The position numbers and the translations under genes are program-made. A stretch of 64,000 bases of DNA, taken from the IMG/VR virus record IMGVR_UViG_3300035162_000505, one strand, 5' to 3'. This DNA is from an uncultured virus (IMG/VR IMGVR_UViG_3300035162_000505) (Duplodnaviria > Heunggongvirae > Uroviricota > Caudoviricetes). Within the stretch, counting starts at the first letter, position 1; every line of letters begins with the position of its first letter. The notes below the pieces were generated by a model. That model had not been told where the DNA came from, searched no databases, and worked only from the letters and a program-made list of their open reading frames with translations. Shown piece after piece: positions 8,792 to 18,452 of the stretch.

Positions 8792-8983
8792 TCAAGAAGG
8801 TGGGGTCTGGACGTAGCACACGTCTCCATTAGCGTCTTCTAAATAGACTTCATTACGATAATGAGGTTTTCTACAACCTTCAATAACTTCCCACGTATAG
8901 CCGTTTTCGGCATTTTGTTGTGTAACAGTAAAGAACTCTTCATTCTCTGCCGCCCACAAACCTAGCATTAAACCAAATAACAT
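8792..8983 (-). CDS. hypothetical protein
   Basis: AAGGA RBS; hydrophobic N-terminus. Confidence 0.45.
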   Translation of the reverse strand: MLFGLMLGLWAAENEEFFTVTQQNAENGYTWEVIEGCRKPHYRNEVYLEDANGDVCYVQTPPS

Positions 8984-8995
8984 TTTACTTCCTTT

Positions 8996-9283
8996 TTAAA
9001 CTCCAAAACTTTCTCCACAACCACAACTAGCCGTGGCATTTGGATTCACCACTTTTAAGTACGATCCACCAAGTTCGTTTACATAATCGATTGTGCAACC
9101 AAAAACAAACATCTCAGCCATTGGATCAAGCCACAGGTTCTCTATAGTAGGATCTTTATCAGTAACACCCCACTCGTATTGGAAACCAGCACAACCACCA
9201 CCCTTTACAGCCAGTGACACATTTGGTTTCCCAACTTCTTTCATATATTTCTTAGCATCATCAGTAAGAGATATACTAGCCAA
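8996..9283 (-). CDS. iscA: A-type Fe-S cluster carrier (HesB/IscA family)
   Basis: GGGCAG and NPNATASCGCGESF; TTG start after AAGGA. Confidence 0.9.
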   Translation of the reverse strand: MASISLTDDAKKYMKEVGKPNVSLAVKGGGCAGFQYEWGVTDKDPTIENLWLDPMAEMFVFGCTIDYVNELGGSYLKVVNPNATASCGCGESFGV

Positions 9284-9503
9284 AACTATATTCCTTTGGA
9301 CCAAAATGATGCTCCAGAACATCGATCTTATCTTGGGCAGAAGCAATCTTGTCGAGTTCGCTATCTACTGCTTCAAGAATATCGGAATGTTCTCCGATAC
9401 CAACTGAGTTCTCAAAGTATATCTTAACATTAGCTTCTGCTAATCCAATGATACCTTCGTAATATTTTATTAAGCCTTTTCTAATGTGAACTTCACTAGA
9501 CAT
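9276..9503 (-). CDS. conserved phage hypothetical protein
   Basis: NSVGIGEHSDI motif recalled from T4-like marine phages; GGGAG RBS. Confidence 0.6.
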   Translation of the reverse strand: MSSEVHIRKGLIKYYEGIIGLAEANVKIYFENSVGIGEHSDILEAVDSELDKIASAQDKIDVLEHHFGPKEYSFG

Positions 9504-9524
9504 TATATATCTCCCTAAGATATT

Positions 9525-9971
9525 TTATTTTTGAAATGGAACGTTGTAACGCTTGCCGTTTAGAAAAAACCTAATAGTTGAGTGACTATAAGTTTCTATA
9601 TTACTGTTCTGGTATACTGTAATATCATTACAATGTACTTCAGTCTTATATCCAGTAACCCTAGTCTTCTTACCATTCTCGTTTGCAATGATGCCACCAA
9701 TGACTGCACCAGCCGCCGCACCATTATCTTTTTTAGTAGCGGCCTTTCCTAGTAAGCCACCTAGCAGTATACCCGCCAACAGATCTCCACCGCTTGCGCC
9801 TTGGCTCTGTTGATATATAGGGACGTTTACGTCTTGGCATCTACGTTCAGTTACTGGAACGGATTGCGTCACACGCTTGGTGTGATCGTAAACTTTAATA
9901 TCAGTTATATCACTTGCATGGGCTGGACTACAAAAGCCCAAGATTACCAATAAGGCTAGTGAGTGTTTCAT
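9525..9971 (-). CDS. glycine-zipper 2TM (YcfJ-like) exported protein
   Basis: Signal peptide; GILLGGLLG...GAVIGGII. Confidence 0.75.
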   Translation of the reverse strand: MKHSLALLVILGFCSPAHASDITDIKVYDHTKRVTQSVPVTERRCQDVNVPIYQQSQGASGGDLLAGILLGGLLGKAATKKDNGAAAGAVIGGIIANENGKKTRVTGYKTEVHCNDITVYQNSNIETYSHSTIRFFLNGKRYNVPFQK

Positions 9972-10121
9972 TCGATTGCTCCATCTTTTACATAAGGATT
10001 GTCCTTACCGTAAATTGTTTTTGCAGACTTCCAGCCATCAATTCTACCTAGCATATAACTCACAATCACAATGCATACAATAATGCCACTTAAACTAATA
10101 TAATCATCCATAATGTTCTCC

Positions 10122-10514
10122 TTAAGAACCTGTTGTTAACTCTATAGTTCCATCTTCGTTCATAGTGAAGTCTTCAATAAACGAGTGGTGAGTTTTTGAT
10201 TGTGTAATAACACTCTCAGCCGCTTTCCATAAATCTAACCAAGTATCTCCACCAACAAAGGAAGAATATACCGCTGTTGACCTATGACCGCCATCACTAA
10301 TATCTAGAGCAACTTCAGCGTCAGTCGCATCAGGATCAATGGTTTCATAAACAACTTTCTTACCAGCCGTTTTAATAGCCGCTTCAGCATACACATCAGA
10401 TACCTCATAGATAGACCATGTAGTATTTAGACCTTCAGTGTTCCTAACTTCATTGAATTTTTCCATTTGATTTGTGAAATGTTCGTTAGCGGCGAGTTGT
10501 GTCATAGATATCAT
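10122..10514 (-). CDS. hypothetical early protein
   Basis: ORF behind the promoter at 10541-10570. Confidence 0.55.
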   Translation of the reverse strand: MISMTQLAANEHFTNQMEKFNEVRNTEGLNTTWSIYEVSDVYAEAAIKTAGKKVVYETIDPDATDAEVALDISDGGHRSTAVYSSFVGGDTWLDLWKAAESVITQSKTHHSFIEDFTMNEDGTIELTTGS

Positions 10515-10573
10515 AATAAACCTTTTTCTGATTACAGAATCATATTAGTATACGTTTAACTTAATGTCAACCC

Positions 10574-11158
10574 TTAAGTTAACATTTCGTAAATTTCTTT
10601 CCAGCCATAAACTACTGGAGCTTTACCACCATAGCCATAGTTGTGTTCGTGTCCAATCAAGACACCATCTAACCCCAACTCAATACCAAGGTCAACGTTC
10701 TCTGGCTTGTCTTCAACCCACAAGCAACCACTACCAGCATAAGGCGCTAGAGCATCATCTTTGTCGGCACCAGTGTCGAGATAGACATACCGCTCAAAAA
10801 CAGTATCTCCGAACAACTCCCGAAGGTTCTTAGTCCGTAAGTGCTGGGCATAAGGATCATCACTCAAACTAGTAATGGCATGGAATACATATCCATGTTC
10901 CTCATGAAGCTTCTTTACATACTTGATTGCGTCCCGTAAAGGCGGCATCTTCCGAACTTGAGCACTCTCGTTAAACATCCGAACAAGCTTCTTGCTCTCA
11001 GCCTTTTCAAGGCCATACTTAACGTTAATGTCGTAGACACCAGTTTCGGCTATTGAATAGCCATGCCGATGCATCCACGAGTCAAAGCCGTACTCCCAAT
11101 CAAGGAGAACGCCATCACAGTCAGTCAGAATAGTTTTGTTACTTAATACATGAATCAT
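10574..11158 (-). CDS. HAD-family 5'(3')-deoxyribonucleotidase-like protein
   Basis: LTDCDGVLLD, AITS, K, WVEDKPEN. Confidence 0.8.
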   Translation of the reverse strand: MIHVLSNKTILTDCDGVLLDWEYGFDSWMHRHGYSIAETGVYDINVKYGLEKAESKKLVRMFNESAQVRKMPPLRDAIKYVKKLHEEHGYVFHAITSLSDDPYAQHLRTKNLRELFGDTVFERYVYLDTGADKDDALAPYAGSGCLWVEDKPENVDLGIELGLDGVLIGHEHNYGYGGKAPVVYGWKEIYEMLT

Positions 11159-11207
11159 TTATTTTTCTTTCCTTACAGAATCATATTAGCATACTCTTGA
11201 CTTAATG

Positions 11208-11645
11208 TCAAGAGGTTTCTGTAAGTTTATATGGTTTATTATACTTACCGATATTGATACCCATGAAGTAAGCACTATCGAAATAGTCAGTCATGATATC
11301 ATCATTATTGTAATACATGGTTCCCCGCATTGCAACTTGAAGTTCGTTAATAAACTTCTCTACAATGGTTAACTCACGATCATAAGGTTCGTAAACCCGA
11401 TAAGAATTTTCTTGGTAATAGCCATCACAGATCTGTTTACCATAACCTCTTATGTTACCCCGATCAGCCTGTTCTTTTGCTTCAGCATTATAGATGCCAA
11501 TGAAATCGATATCACCTTCTTTGATGTTCACATTTAAAGAAGTGTTATGATTAATAGAAATCGTACCTTTAACTCCGAACTTTTTCAAAACAGATTTGAT
11601 TGCTGGAGCAAGTTCTTTTTTCATTTCTTGGGTAATGTATGCCAT
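11208..11645 (-). CDS. hypothetical early protein (possibly LPD29-like)
   Basis: DDIMTDYFD C-terminal motif; own early promoter. Confidence 0.45.
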   Translation of the reverse strand: MAYITQEMKKELAPAIKSVLKKFGVKGTISINHNTSLNVNIKEGDIDFIGIYNAEAKEQADRGNIRGYGKQICDGYYQENSYRVYEPYDRELTIVEKFINELQVAMRGTMYYNNDDIMTDYFDSAYFMGINIGKYNKPYKLTETS

Positions 11646-11764
11646 TTAGAATCACTTTCTCTTGGTTACATTTTATATTAGCATTTATTTAACTTAATGT
11701 CAAGTAAAAAGATGTGCAGTAAGATGCCATGACTAACCATAAGTCCACTTACTACACTAGGTGA

Positions 11765-12097
11765 TTATCTTAAATAATGTGGTCCTGTCCAAGAAACACT
11801 ATAATCACCGTTTACGATATTACCACGTGCGGAATTCCTTGTAGGACTTGCCCAACTCGCTGGCTTTAAAATATCTCCGATTTTAAACTTACTGTCGTTT
11901 TCAGTGTTGACTACAAAGCCCCACACAGAACCACCAGACATAATCTTAATATATTTTTTGCCTACTTTAAACTTAAGACCTTCGTTAAATGTAGTAATCA
12001 TATTACTACGGATTTCTGGATCACCATTTGACCAGTTCTTTAGTTCAGCATAAGACGCTTTGATATCGTCTAAAAGATTTTCAATCGAATCATTCAT
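11765..12097 (-). CDS. conserved phage hypothetical protein
   Basis: GKKYIKI...GDILKPASWASP..ARGNI; own early promoter. Confidence 0.55.
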   Translation of the reverse strand: MNDSIENLLDDIKASYAELKNWSNGDPEIRSNMITTFNEGLKFKVGKKYIKIMSGGSVWGFVVNTENDSKFKIGDILKPASWASPTRNSARGNIVNGDYSVSWTGPHYLR

Positions 12098-12156
12098 AAT
12101 ATTTCTCCTTATTACCCTATCATATTAGCATATGTTTAACTTGATGTCAAGTCTTT

Positions 12157-12444
12157 TTATGCCATATAACATGGATTAATTTTAGCCATTATGTCAGACA
12201 TTTCATCTTCATCAACAAGCTTTAATAAAAGTTCTTGAGTGGCTTTGAGTTGATCTTTTATATTATCAGCCTCATGCTTGCAGTAAACTAGGTGCTCTTG
12301 AAGATGTGAAATTATTTTATCATCATCCAAATCTTGAATATCGTTGCCACGTACAGCATCTTCCATGATAGTTTTTGCATTTTCTATAATGCTATCAAGA
12401 TCACTAGCAATACACTGTATTTCAGTTTTCATAACTTCGTTCAT
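12157..12444 (-). CDS. hypothetical protein
   Basis: AAGGA RBS. Confidence 0.5.
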   Translation of the reverse strand: MNEVMKTEIQCIASDLDSIIENAKTIMEDAVRGNDIQDLDDDKIISHLQEHLVYCKHEADNIKDQLKATQELLLKLVDEDEMSDIMAKINPCYMA

Positions 12445-12453
12445 AATATATCC

Positions 12454-12765
12454 TTATTGAATACTTCTATAATATCCTGCTTCCATAACATAGTAGCCTT
12501 TTGCTTCGACATTAAATACTTCGCCCTCAATCAAAACTATTTCAAGTGATGAACCAGTGAAATAGGAACAGGCATCTTTCATTAGAGTTTCTTCAGTGCA
12601 ATCAATTCTAGTCTTGATTGGCATCTTCCAGTTATCCATATCTTCTGTGAGTTTATCAAAAGCTTCTGCTAACTGACCATGAGTAAATCCGTTTGCACTC
12701 ACAACTTTATCGTTTAACGATGCTACATGGTTAAACCCATGGAGAGGTAGATTAGTTACTTGCAT
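12454..12765 (-). CDS. hypothetical protein
   Basis: GGAG RBS; NWKMPI motif. Confidence 0.5.
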   Translation of the reverse strand: MQVTNLPLHGFNHVASLNDKVVSANGFTHGQLAEAFDKLTEDMDNWKMPIKTRIDCTEETLMKDACSYFTGSSLEIVLIEGEVFNVEAKGYYVMEAGYYRSIQ

Positions 12766-12771
12766 AATGAT

Positions 12772-12972
12772 TTACTCCAACCAAGAAAAATCATGTGAAC
12801 TAACATGACTTTTTTCTAAAAACAAACAAGCACTTTCCATGCTAAAACTCTGAACAGAAGCCCACTCGCCACTGTTGCTCAACTCACCATGCAACTTCCT
12901 TGACGCCGCTTGACTTAATGAAGAGACTAAATGAAAGTCTCCATTAGGATTTTTTGCTTCTACTTGCCACAT
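12772..12972 (-). CDS. hypothetical early protein
   Basis: AAGGAG-TGATTCG-T-ATG after a promoter. Confidence 0.55.
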   Translation of the reverse strand: MWQVEAKNPNGDFHLVSSLSQAASRKLHGELSNSGEWASVQSFSMESACLFLEKSHVSSHDFSWLE

Positions 12973-12973
12973 A

Positions 12974-13026
12974 CGAATCACTCCTTGTTACTCTTATAGA
13001 TTAGCATATGTTTAACTTAATGTCAA
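12974..13026 (-). promoter_or_regulatory. early promoter/leader cassette (53-bp dispersed repeat)
   Basis: TTGACATTAAGTTAAACATATGCTAATCTATAAGAGTAACAAGGAGTGATTCG. Confidence 0.85.
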
Positions 13027-13209
13027 GTCCTTTTCTTTATCAACCCAAAATCTTATGCCAATTAAGTTAGGGCTATCTGGATGCACCATTGAGTGACCAA
13101 TCAAACTAGGGCTATCTTCGTCACTAGCGTCTGGTGGGTCGGGACGTGTTGTCACAACATATTCTACACCCAACTTGTTTAGATGCGCTGTAAGTTCTTT
13201 AGCAGTCAT
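13012..13209 (-). CDS. hypothetical protein
   Basis: AGGGGA RBS before MTAKEL. Confidence 0.45.
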   Translation of the reverse strand: MTAKELTAHLNKLGVEYVVTTRPDPPDASDEDSPSLIGHSMVHPDSPNLIGIRFWVDKEKDLTLS

Positions 13210-13373
13210 TCGATATCCCCTATTACTTTTCAAATCGAACCATAGAATCCAGTAAAGGATCATCAGGTTCTAGGTTTATTCCTAGTGCAGATAAATCAGT
13301 CTTACTGGCACTATCTCGTTTTGTCCATCCATCTAAAGTTTCATTTGAAATATCGTCAATAGGACCATCATCA

Positions 13374-13670
13374 TTATTTGTATGATTGTCTAACACTTTC
13401 AAGTGCTCCTTTTATTTGTGGTGGATATTCTCCAGTGTACGTCCCAGCCTCTAACATATCTTTATTTAGAAAGTCTTTGTGTACATGAGATATATTATCC
13501 CACTCTTTTATTATTCTTTTGGCAAGTCTGTCAAAAGATCCGTCAGTTAATATAGGATCGTCTTCTTCATAATAAGCATAAGATGCCATAAGATACCATG
13601 GCACTGTCATGTTTGAGTTATTGTCGATAACATCAATACACGCTTTGTCTAGCCCGTTATTTACTTCCAC
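13374..13670 (-). CDS. stand-alone NAD-dependent DNA ligase N-terminal (Ia) domain-like protein
   Basis: YAYYEEDDPILTDGSFDRL resembles LigA YY..D.P.isD..YD.L. Confidence 0.6.
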   Translation of the reverse strand: MEVNNGLDKACIDVIDNNSNMTVPWYLMASYAYYEEDDPILTDGSFDRLAKRIIKEWDNISHVHKDFLNKDMLEAGTYTGEYPPQIKGALESVRQSYK

Positions 13671-14028
13671 TTAAGTATTCCTTTAATAGTTCCTTCTCCA
13701 TCGCATGGGCTTCGATTTCTTGCCACCGATTTTCGTAATCACTATCAAGATCCATAACAAGATACTTGAGGTGTTGGCTTACGTGAACTAGTTCGTGTAG
13801 AACTGTAGTTATTAAATCTGTTATGGAAAGAGTTCTGTTAAGACGAATAGTAAAATCCTTATCGTCTTCAAACATTACATCACCGCAAAGTCCTTCTTTG
13901 TTGATGGCTTGAATATTTATATAAACAGCATCTTCTGAAGGGAATAACTTCTCTGCCGCAAACCCTATAGCGGAGCAAATCAAGTCTTGTCTTTTTTGGG
14001 AAAATCTACCTTCGAACTCAACTATCAT
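13657..14028 (-). CDS. HEXXH zinc metallopeptidase-like protein
   Basis: TVLHELVHVSQ...WQEIEAH. Confidence 0.75.
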   Translation of the reverse strand: MIVEFEGRFSQKRQDLICSAIGFAAEKLFPSEDAVYINIQAINKEGLCGDVMFEDDKDFTIRLNRTLSITDLITTVLHELVHVSQHLKYLVMDLDSDYENRWQEIEAHAMEKELLKEYLSGSK

Positions 14029-14078
14029 AAGAATCTCTCGTTGTTACAAGTATAGACTACACTATGAATCTTTTATTG

Positions 14079-14711
14079 TCAACCTCTTTTATGAGTATAA
14101 ACCTCAACGTTATCAGGTAGTTGTATTTTAGATTGATCGTGGTTGTGATGTAAAACGAATCGGATATCTTTGAACTCACCAAATATTCCGTTCCAAATAG
14201 GTCTCCACCTGTCTGCTAACCTTACGTTATTAGTAGCCTCTCTATCAGACTGTAATACAAAATCAGTATAACTTCTTAAGTTCATATCGAATATAGAGTC
14301 AAACCCATACATATGAATCTCATCAGGCTTTAATCTATTTGCAGTGTAATGAACTGCTAGGTGACCACAGTTGAAGTTTGTATACATATTTCCTTCGTTC
14401 TCATCAGGAAACAGTTTAGTATATGGTGGTAGATATGTGTAGAACTCTTTTATCTTATGACCAAATCGCATCTTGAAGTTGCCGTTGTTTTGATCATACC
14501 AGATCTTAGGTCTATAACCTAGTACCCAATCTCCGGGGATTTCCACACTGCCCTCAGTGAGTGCCGCTGACATTTTAAAGTCCACGATACAAGAAGCAAA
14601 TAGATTTGGAATAGGCATGGGCGGTTGATTACAAGCAACCTTAATACCCTTGGAAGGTGTATACAACTGTGCCTGATCACCATTACCTATAACATGGGCA
14701 ACTCTACTCAT
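14079..14711 (-). CDS. glycan-related hypothetical protein (Maf/sialyltransferase-like)
   Basis: VIGNG, ACN, VD, CG, EIHMYGFD. Confidence 0.45.
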   Translation of the reverse strand: MSRVAHVIGNGDQAQLYTPSKGIKVACNQPPMPIPNLFASCIVDFKMSAALTEGSVEIPGDWVLGYRPKIWYDQNNGNFKMRFGHKIKEFYTYLPPYTKLFPDENEGNMYTNFNCGHLAVHYTANRLKPDEIHMYGFDSIFDMNLRSYTDFVLQSDREATNNVRLADRWRPIWNGIFGEFKDIRFVLHHNHDQSKIQLPDNVEVYTHKRG

Positions 14712-15399
14712 TATTCCAATAATCCTTAATCCATTCCTGTGGCTCGAATGTTGCCATTGGAGTTTCAATAGTTTCAGTAAAAGCTTGTTCTATGCTTGGG
14801 CGTCCATGAAATACCACGATAGCAACATCTTTGCGTGGTGGGTTTGGATACACATCATACTTATAAGACTTTAATTTGTTAAAGTATTTGTTCTGAAGAA
14901 GTGTTCTCTGGTAAGGATTAATAACGGATGATAGGTATTCGCCATCACCTCTAAAGGTATCTACTACATTGTCATAGGATAAAACAAAGGTAGGCCATAT
15001 GAAAGACACTGGAGTCGCACCCCATGCCATAACACCAGTTTGTAGAACGTTCTTTAAGTGTGGTTGGTGAGCGTTAACGGCACCTACATCTTCGATACCC
15101 ATGAACCAAGATCTGTCTTCTAACAGCCAATCGATATTACTTGTGATGATAGTATCTAGGTCTAGGTAAACCATTCTCTCATTAGTAAACTGTGCTGGAT
15201 CAAACAACTGTAGTTTATTCCACCACCCTTCGTATCCGGGCTTTAGTATTTTAGTCTCAATACCTTTAATGCCCTTATCAGAATAACACACGAACCTATG
15301 AGGTATTGTGGTGTTTCGTTCAACTGCCGCTTTCAAGTTGTAAACATAATCTAAGGAAAACTTTGTTCCCCAATGCACACAGGCAACTGTAACTGTCAT
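14704..15399 (-). CDS. GT-A glycosyltransferase
   Basis: CVHWGTKF, WWNKLQLF, YLDLD, GDGEY, VFHGRP. Confidence 0.75.
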   Translation of the reverse strand: MTVTVACVHWGTKFSLDYVYNLKAAVERNTTIPHRFVCYSDKGIKGIETKILKPGYEGWWNKLQLFDPAQFTNERMVYLDLDTIITSNIDWLLEDRSWFMGIEDVGAVNAHQPHLKNVLQTGVMAWGATPVSFIWPTFVLSYDNVVDTFRGDGEYLSSVINPYQRTLLQNKYFNKLKSYKYDVYPNPPRKDVAIVVFHGRPSIEQAFTETIETPMATFEPQEWIKDYWNNE

Positions 15400-15400
15400 A

Positions 15401-16048
15401 TCAAACGTCCTCTATAATATAATCCTTAGAGTACATATGTTTCGCCAAGCATCCTTCAGTCTTTTGGATAGTGGAGAAACTTTCTCTGACCTCTACGGGC
15501 CAAGGATAGTACTCTTCTAAAAATGGAAAGGTATCTAGGTTAAGAAATATGTCTGTCGGACTTGCTTCTAACCTAGCTCTCTCCACTAGTTGTTTTGCTC
15601 CCCTTGGATTTAACCTATAGGCATGAGCGCCGGGGAAGTATCTTTTAGATGTTAGAGGATTTGTTCCTAATGTGCTAGGTGTAACCCACTTACCATAGGA
15701 TGGCTTTCCAAGAGATATGCAACCATTATAACTCATTTCTGGGATGGGGTCAACTACTATTGCGTCATGCTCAAAGATAGTTGCTTCTTCGTTTGTTTCA
15801 GCCACCATCTGCCACAGGGAAAAGTGTGAACAGAATGCCGCTCTAGCATTGTCTTCTCTAGAATACTTATTATTGTTGAAACCTATATCGTTTATCTTTT
15901 GTTCTTTGATAAACTCCTTACAGTCTGATGGAATGTAAGCATCATAGTAGTCTACTTCTAAGTCAAACTTAGCGGCAGACTCTATACATTTAGTTGCGGC
16001 AATTAAAGAGTTGTCATTCTCACGAATAGTAATAACGAAATTTTTCAT
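15401..16048 (-). CDS. GT25-like glycosyltransferase
   Basis: FCSHFSLW, IFEHDA, GAHAY, PTD. Confidence 0.75.
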   Translation of the reverse strand: MKNFVITIRENDNSLIAATKCIESAAKFDLEVDYYDAYIPSDCKEFIKEQKINDIGFNNNKYSREDNARAAFCSHFSLWQMVAETNEEATIFEHDAIVVDPIPEMSYNGCISLGKPSYGKWVTPSTLGTNPLTSKRYFPGAHAYRLNPRGAKQLVERARLEASPTDIFLNLDTFPFLEEYYPWPVEVRESFSTIQKTEGCLAKHMYSKDYIIEDV

Positions 16049-16050
16049 AG

Positions 16051-16929
16051 TTAACCTTGTGTTGTAGATTTTACACCTTGAAGTTCTGTTACAAATGGAT
16101 ATATTTGCTTTAGTTTAAATGGAAAGATTTGTTTACACATCAATGCGTCATTAGGCCAAATTCCTATTTCTGCACACTTAGTGAAGAGAGATCTTGCCAT
16201 ATCTGGTGTAATAATATATGCAGAGTTTCCAGCAAGACCTTGAGGAGCATCTCTATTATCATCCACCCAAGGTGCATCAACTACTTGGTGTCTTCCATAG
16301 GTTTTCTGTTGGGGTGTAGATTTACTAATACTTTCAGAAACACTGTCATAATATACAGAACTTTTTCTAGTAGCACCTTTAGGATTATTTAAACCAATAA
16401 TACCAGAACCTACTTGATCTAAACTCTTACCACCATTTTCTTTACTAGCTTTTTCGTAAAAATCTAGTTTTTTTACAAATATAGCATCGTGTTCTAATAT
16501 AACACAAGGGTAACGTTGACAAGCGGCAACAAGCCAACATCTCATATGAGAAACCATACAAGATATAACTTTTTCTATATCATTAGCACCGTAACCAGTT
16601 ATGTGTAGTCCAGTTTTTAAATCTATTCTTTTTTCACCTTTTAAAGGATACGTCCAATCATTTTTAGTCTGATCAAAAAGTTTAAGGTGTTCTGATAAAG
16701 TTTCTGGTGTTGTTGCTGGAATTATAAGAGGAGCAAGTTTACTTTTAGTAGTGTTTATAGAATTTAGTACATTTCTAGCCCCTGCCGTAGATACAGAATT
16801 ATTTATGTCAGATATTATAAATGCAGGAATGTAAGTGAGAGCTGAACTTACTTTTGTCTGAAAATTAAATTCAGTATCTGTGGCATCAGCTTCTCCACTA
16901 TATTTTTCTACGTAATCTTTTAAAGACAT
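16051..16929 (-). CDS. GT25-like glycosyltransferase
   Basis: CMVSHMRCW, ILEHDA, GNSAYIITP, WPND. Confidence 0.75.
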   Translation of the reverse strand: MSLKDYVEKYSGEADATDTEFNFQTKVSSALTYIPAFIISDINNSVSTAGARNVLNSINTTKSKLAPLIIPATTPETLSEHLKLFDQTKNDWTYPLKGEKRIDLKTGLHITGYGANDIEKVISCMVSHMRCWLVAACQRYPCVILEHDAIFVKKLDFYEKASKENGGKSLDQVGSGIIGLNNPKGATRKSSVYYDSVSESISKSTPQQKTYGRHQVVDAPWVDDNRDAPQGLAGNSAYIITPDMARSLFTKCAEIGIWPNDALMCKQIFPFKLKQIYPFVTELQGVKSTTQG

Positions 16930-16933
16930 ATCT

Positions 16934-17521
16934 CTACCTTCTTTTTAAAACAGTGTATCCAACATTCTGTTCGTTTCTCTCAACTATTTCCCAAGGATAA
17001 TCAAGACAGAAATTCTGCATACAATCATAAAGCCTTGAATCTTTTTTACCATGTAGGATACTGGTATCATGGGCTATGATATATTTATAAGTATTTGAAT
17101 GATGTAATCTTAACTCTTGTATCATATGTGTAGGATGATGTAATGAATCAATCATTAGCATATCTGTTTTAGCAGTTGACTTCATACTAAGAGAACTTAT
17201 CTCCATTACCTTTAAGTCTATATCATTTTCTTCAGCATACTCTTCAGCCAAGGGTTGTAGAAATAATTTGTATCTGCTAGTATCAATATCAACTAATCGA
17301 ACACTACTTGGCTTACACAATAAGGCTGTGGATGCTGTTCCACCCTGATGTGTTCCTAACTCAGTGTAGGTGTTGCAGTCAGCCATGTACTTTTTTATAG
17401 CATCATGTATCCCACAATAGTATTCACCATGTGCCTCTTCTTGCTGACGTATGATCTCTTTGTTAAATTCTTCTACAGATTTTACGTGACCTAGTTCTGA
17501 GTTAATCATGATTTTTTCCAA
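16934..17521 (-). CDS. class I SAM methyltransferase (Methyltransf_24-like)
   Basis: TELGTHQG, DMLMIDSLH, IIAHDT. Confidence 0.7.
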   Translation of the reverse strand: MEKIMINSELGHVKSVEEFNKEIIRQQEEAHGEYYCGIHDAIKKYMADCNTYTELGTHQGGTASTALLCKPSSVRLVDIDTSRYKLFLQPLAEEYAEENDIDLKVMEISSLSMKSTAKTDMLMIDSLHHPTHMIQELRLHHSNTYKYIIAHDTSILHGKKDSRLYDCMQNFCLDYPWEIVERNEQNVGYTVLKRR

Positions 17522-18452
17522 AGTAGTTTCTATACCATTGAATGAAGTTACTAACTCCTTGTTCCATTGGTGTTGTAGATTTATAACCTAGTTTCTCAAT
17601 CTTAGTTGTGTCTGACCAAGTTTCTTGTGCATCCGCTGGGTGTAATGGTCTTAGTATTTTCTCTGCTTTTTTATCTAGGTTCTTTTCAATCTCATAGATG
17701 AAATCCATTAAGTTGACTTGTCTGCCATTACCAATACAATAGGTTTCTCTGTTAGTCATGTTCTGTGATACTAACCAGATCCCCTGCACGATATCATCAA
17801 TATATGTGAAGTCTCGCTTCATGTCTCCATTATTAAAAACTTCTATAGCATTGTCTGCCAAGATGTTTTTAGTGAAGTCAAACAGAGCCATATCAGGTCT
17901 GCCCCAAGGTCCATACACAGTGAAGAACCTTAGGCACACTGCGTTAGCAATCTTAGATATATTGAACATATCCTCTGTGGTCTGCTTGGTGTATCCATAC
18001 GGACTTAGTTGTGGTCCTAACTTTACATCAGGAGACCAAGGTAGAGGATTGCCATGCATAACACAACTGGTAGAAGCAAACATAACATCAGGTACATTCG
18101 CTTCTTCGCAAGCTTTAATAAGGTTGTTGGTGCCTGTGATATTGTTGTCAATGTATTCATCAGCGTGATCCATAGAATATCGCACACCAGCCATAGCCGC
18201 TAAGTGTAGAACGAGAGTTGGGGCAAGATTGCCTACAAGTAAAGACATAGAAGTGGCATCACGTAGATCTCCTTCGTGTACGGTTATACCATACTCTTTC
18301 TTTAGATGCATTGCTCTATCGTATTTTAGTTCTGGATCATAGTAGTCATTGAAGTTATCAAAACCACAGACCTCATAGCCTTCTTTTTTAAACCTGATAG
18401 CAGTATGAAATCCAATAAACCCTGCCATGCCTGTGATCATAATCTTTTTCAT
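17502..18452 (-). CDS. NAD-dependent epimerase (UDP-glucuronate 4-epimerase-like)
   Basis: TGMAGFIG, HLAAMAGVRYS, YGYTK, RFFTVYGPWGRPDMA, RDFTYIDDI. Confidence 0.9.
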   Translation of the reverse strand: MKKIMITGMAGFIGFHTAIRFKKEGYEVCGFDNFNDYYDPELKYDRAMHLKKEYGITVHEGDLRDATSMSLLVGNLAPTLVLHLAAMAGVRYSMDHADEYIDNNITGTNNLIKACEEANVPDVMFASTSCVMHGNPLPWSPDVKLGPQLSPYGYTKQTTEDMFNISKIANAVCLRFFTVYGPWGRPDMALFDFTKNILADNAIEVFNNGDMKRDFTYIDDIVQGIWLVSQNMTNRETYCIGNGRQVNLMDFIYEIEKNLDKKAEKILRPLHPADAQETWSDTTKIEKLGYKSTTPMEQGVSNFIQWYRNYFGKNHD

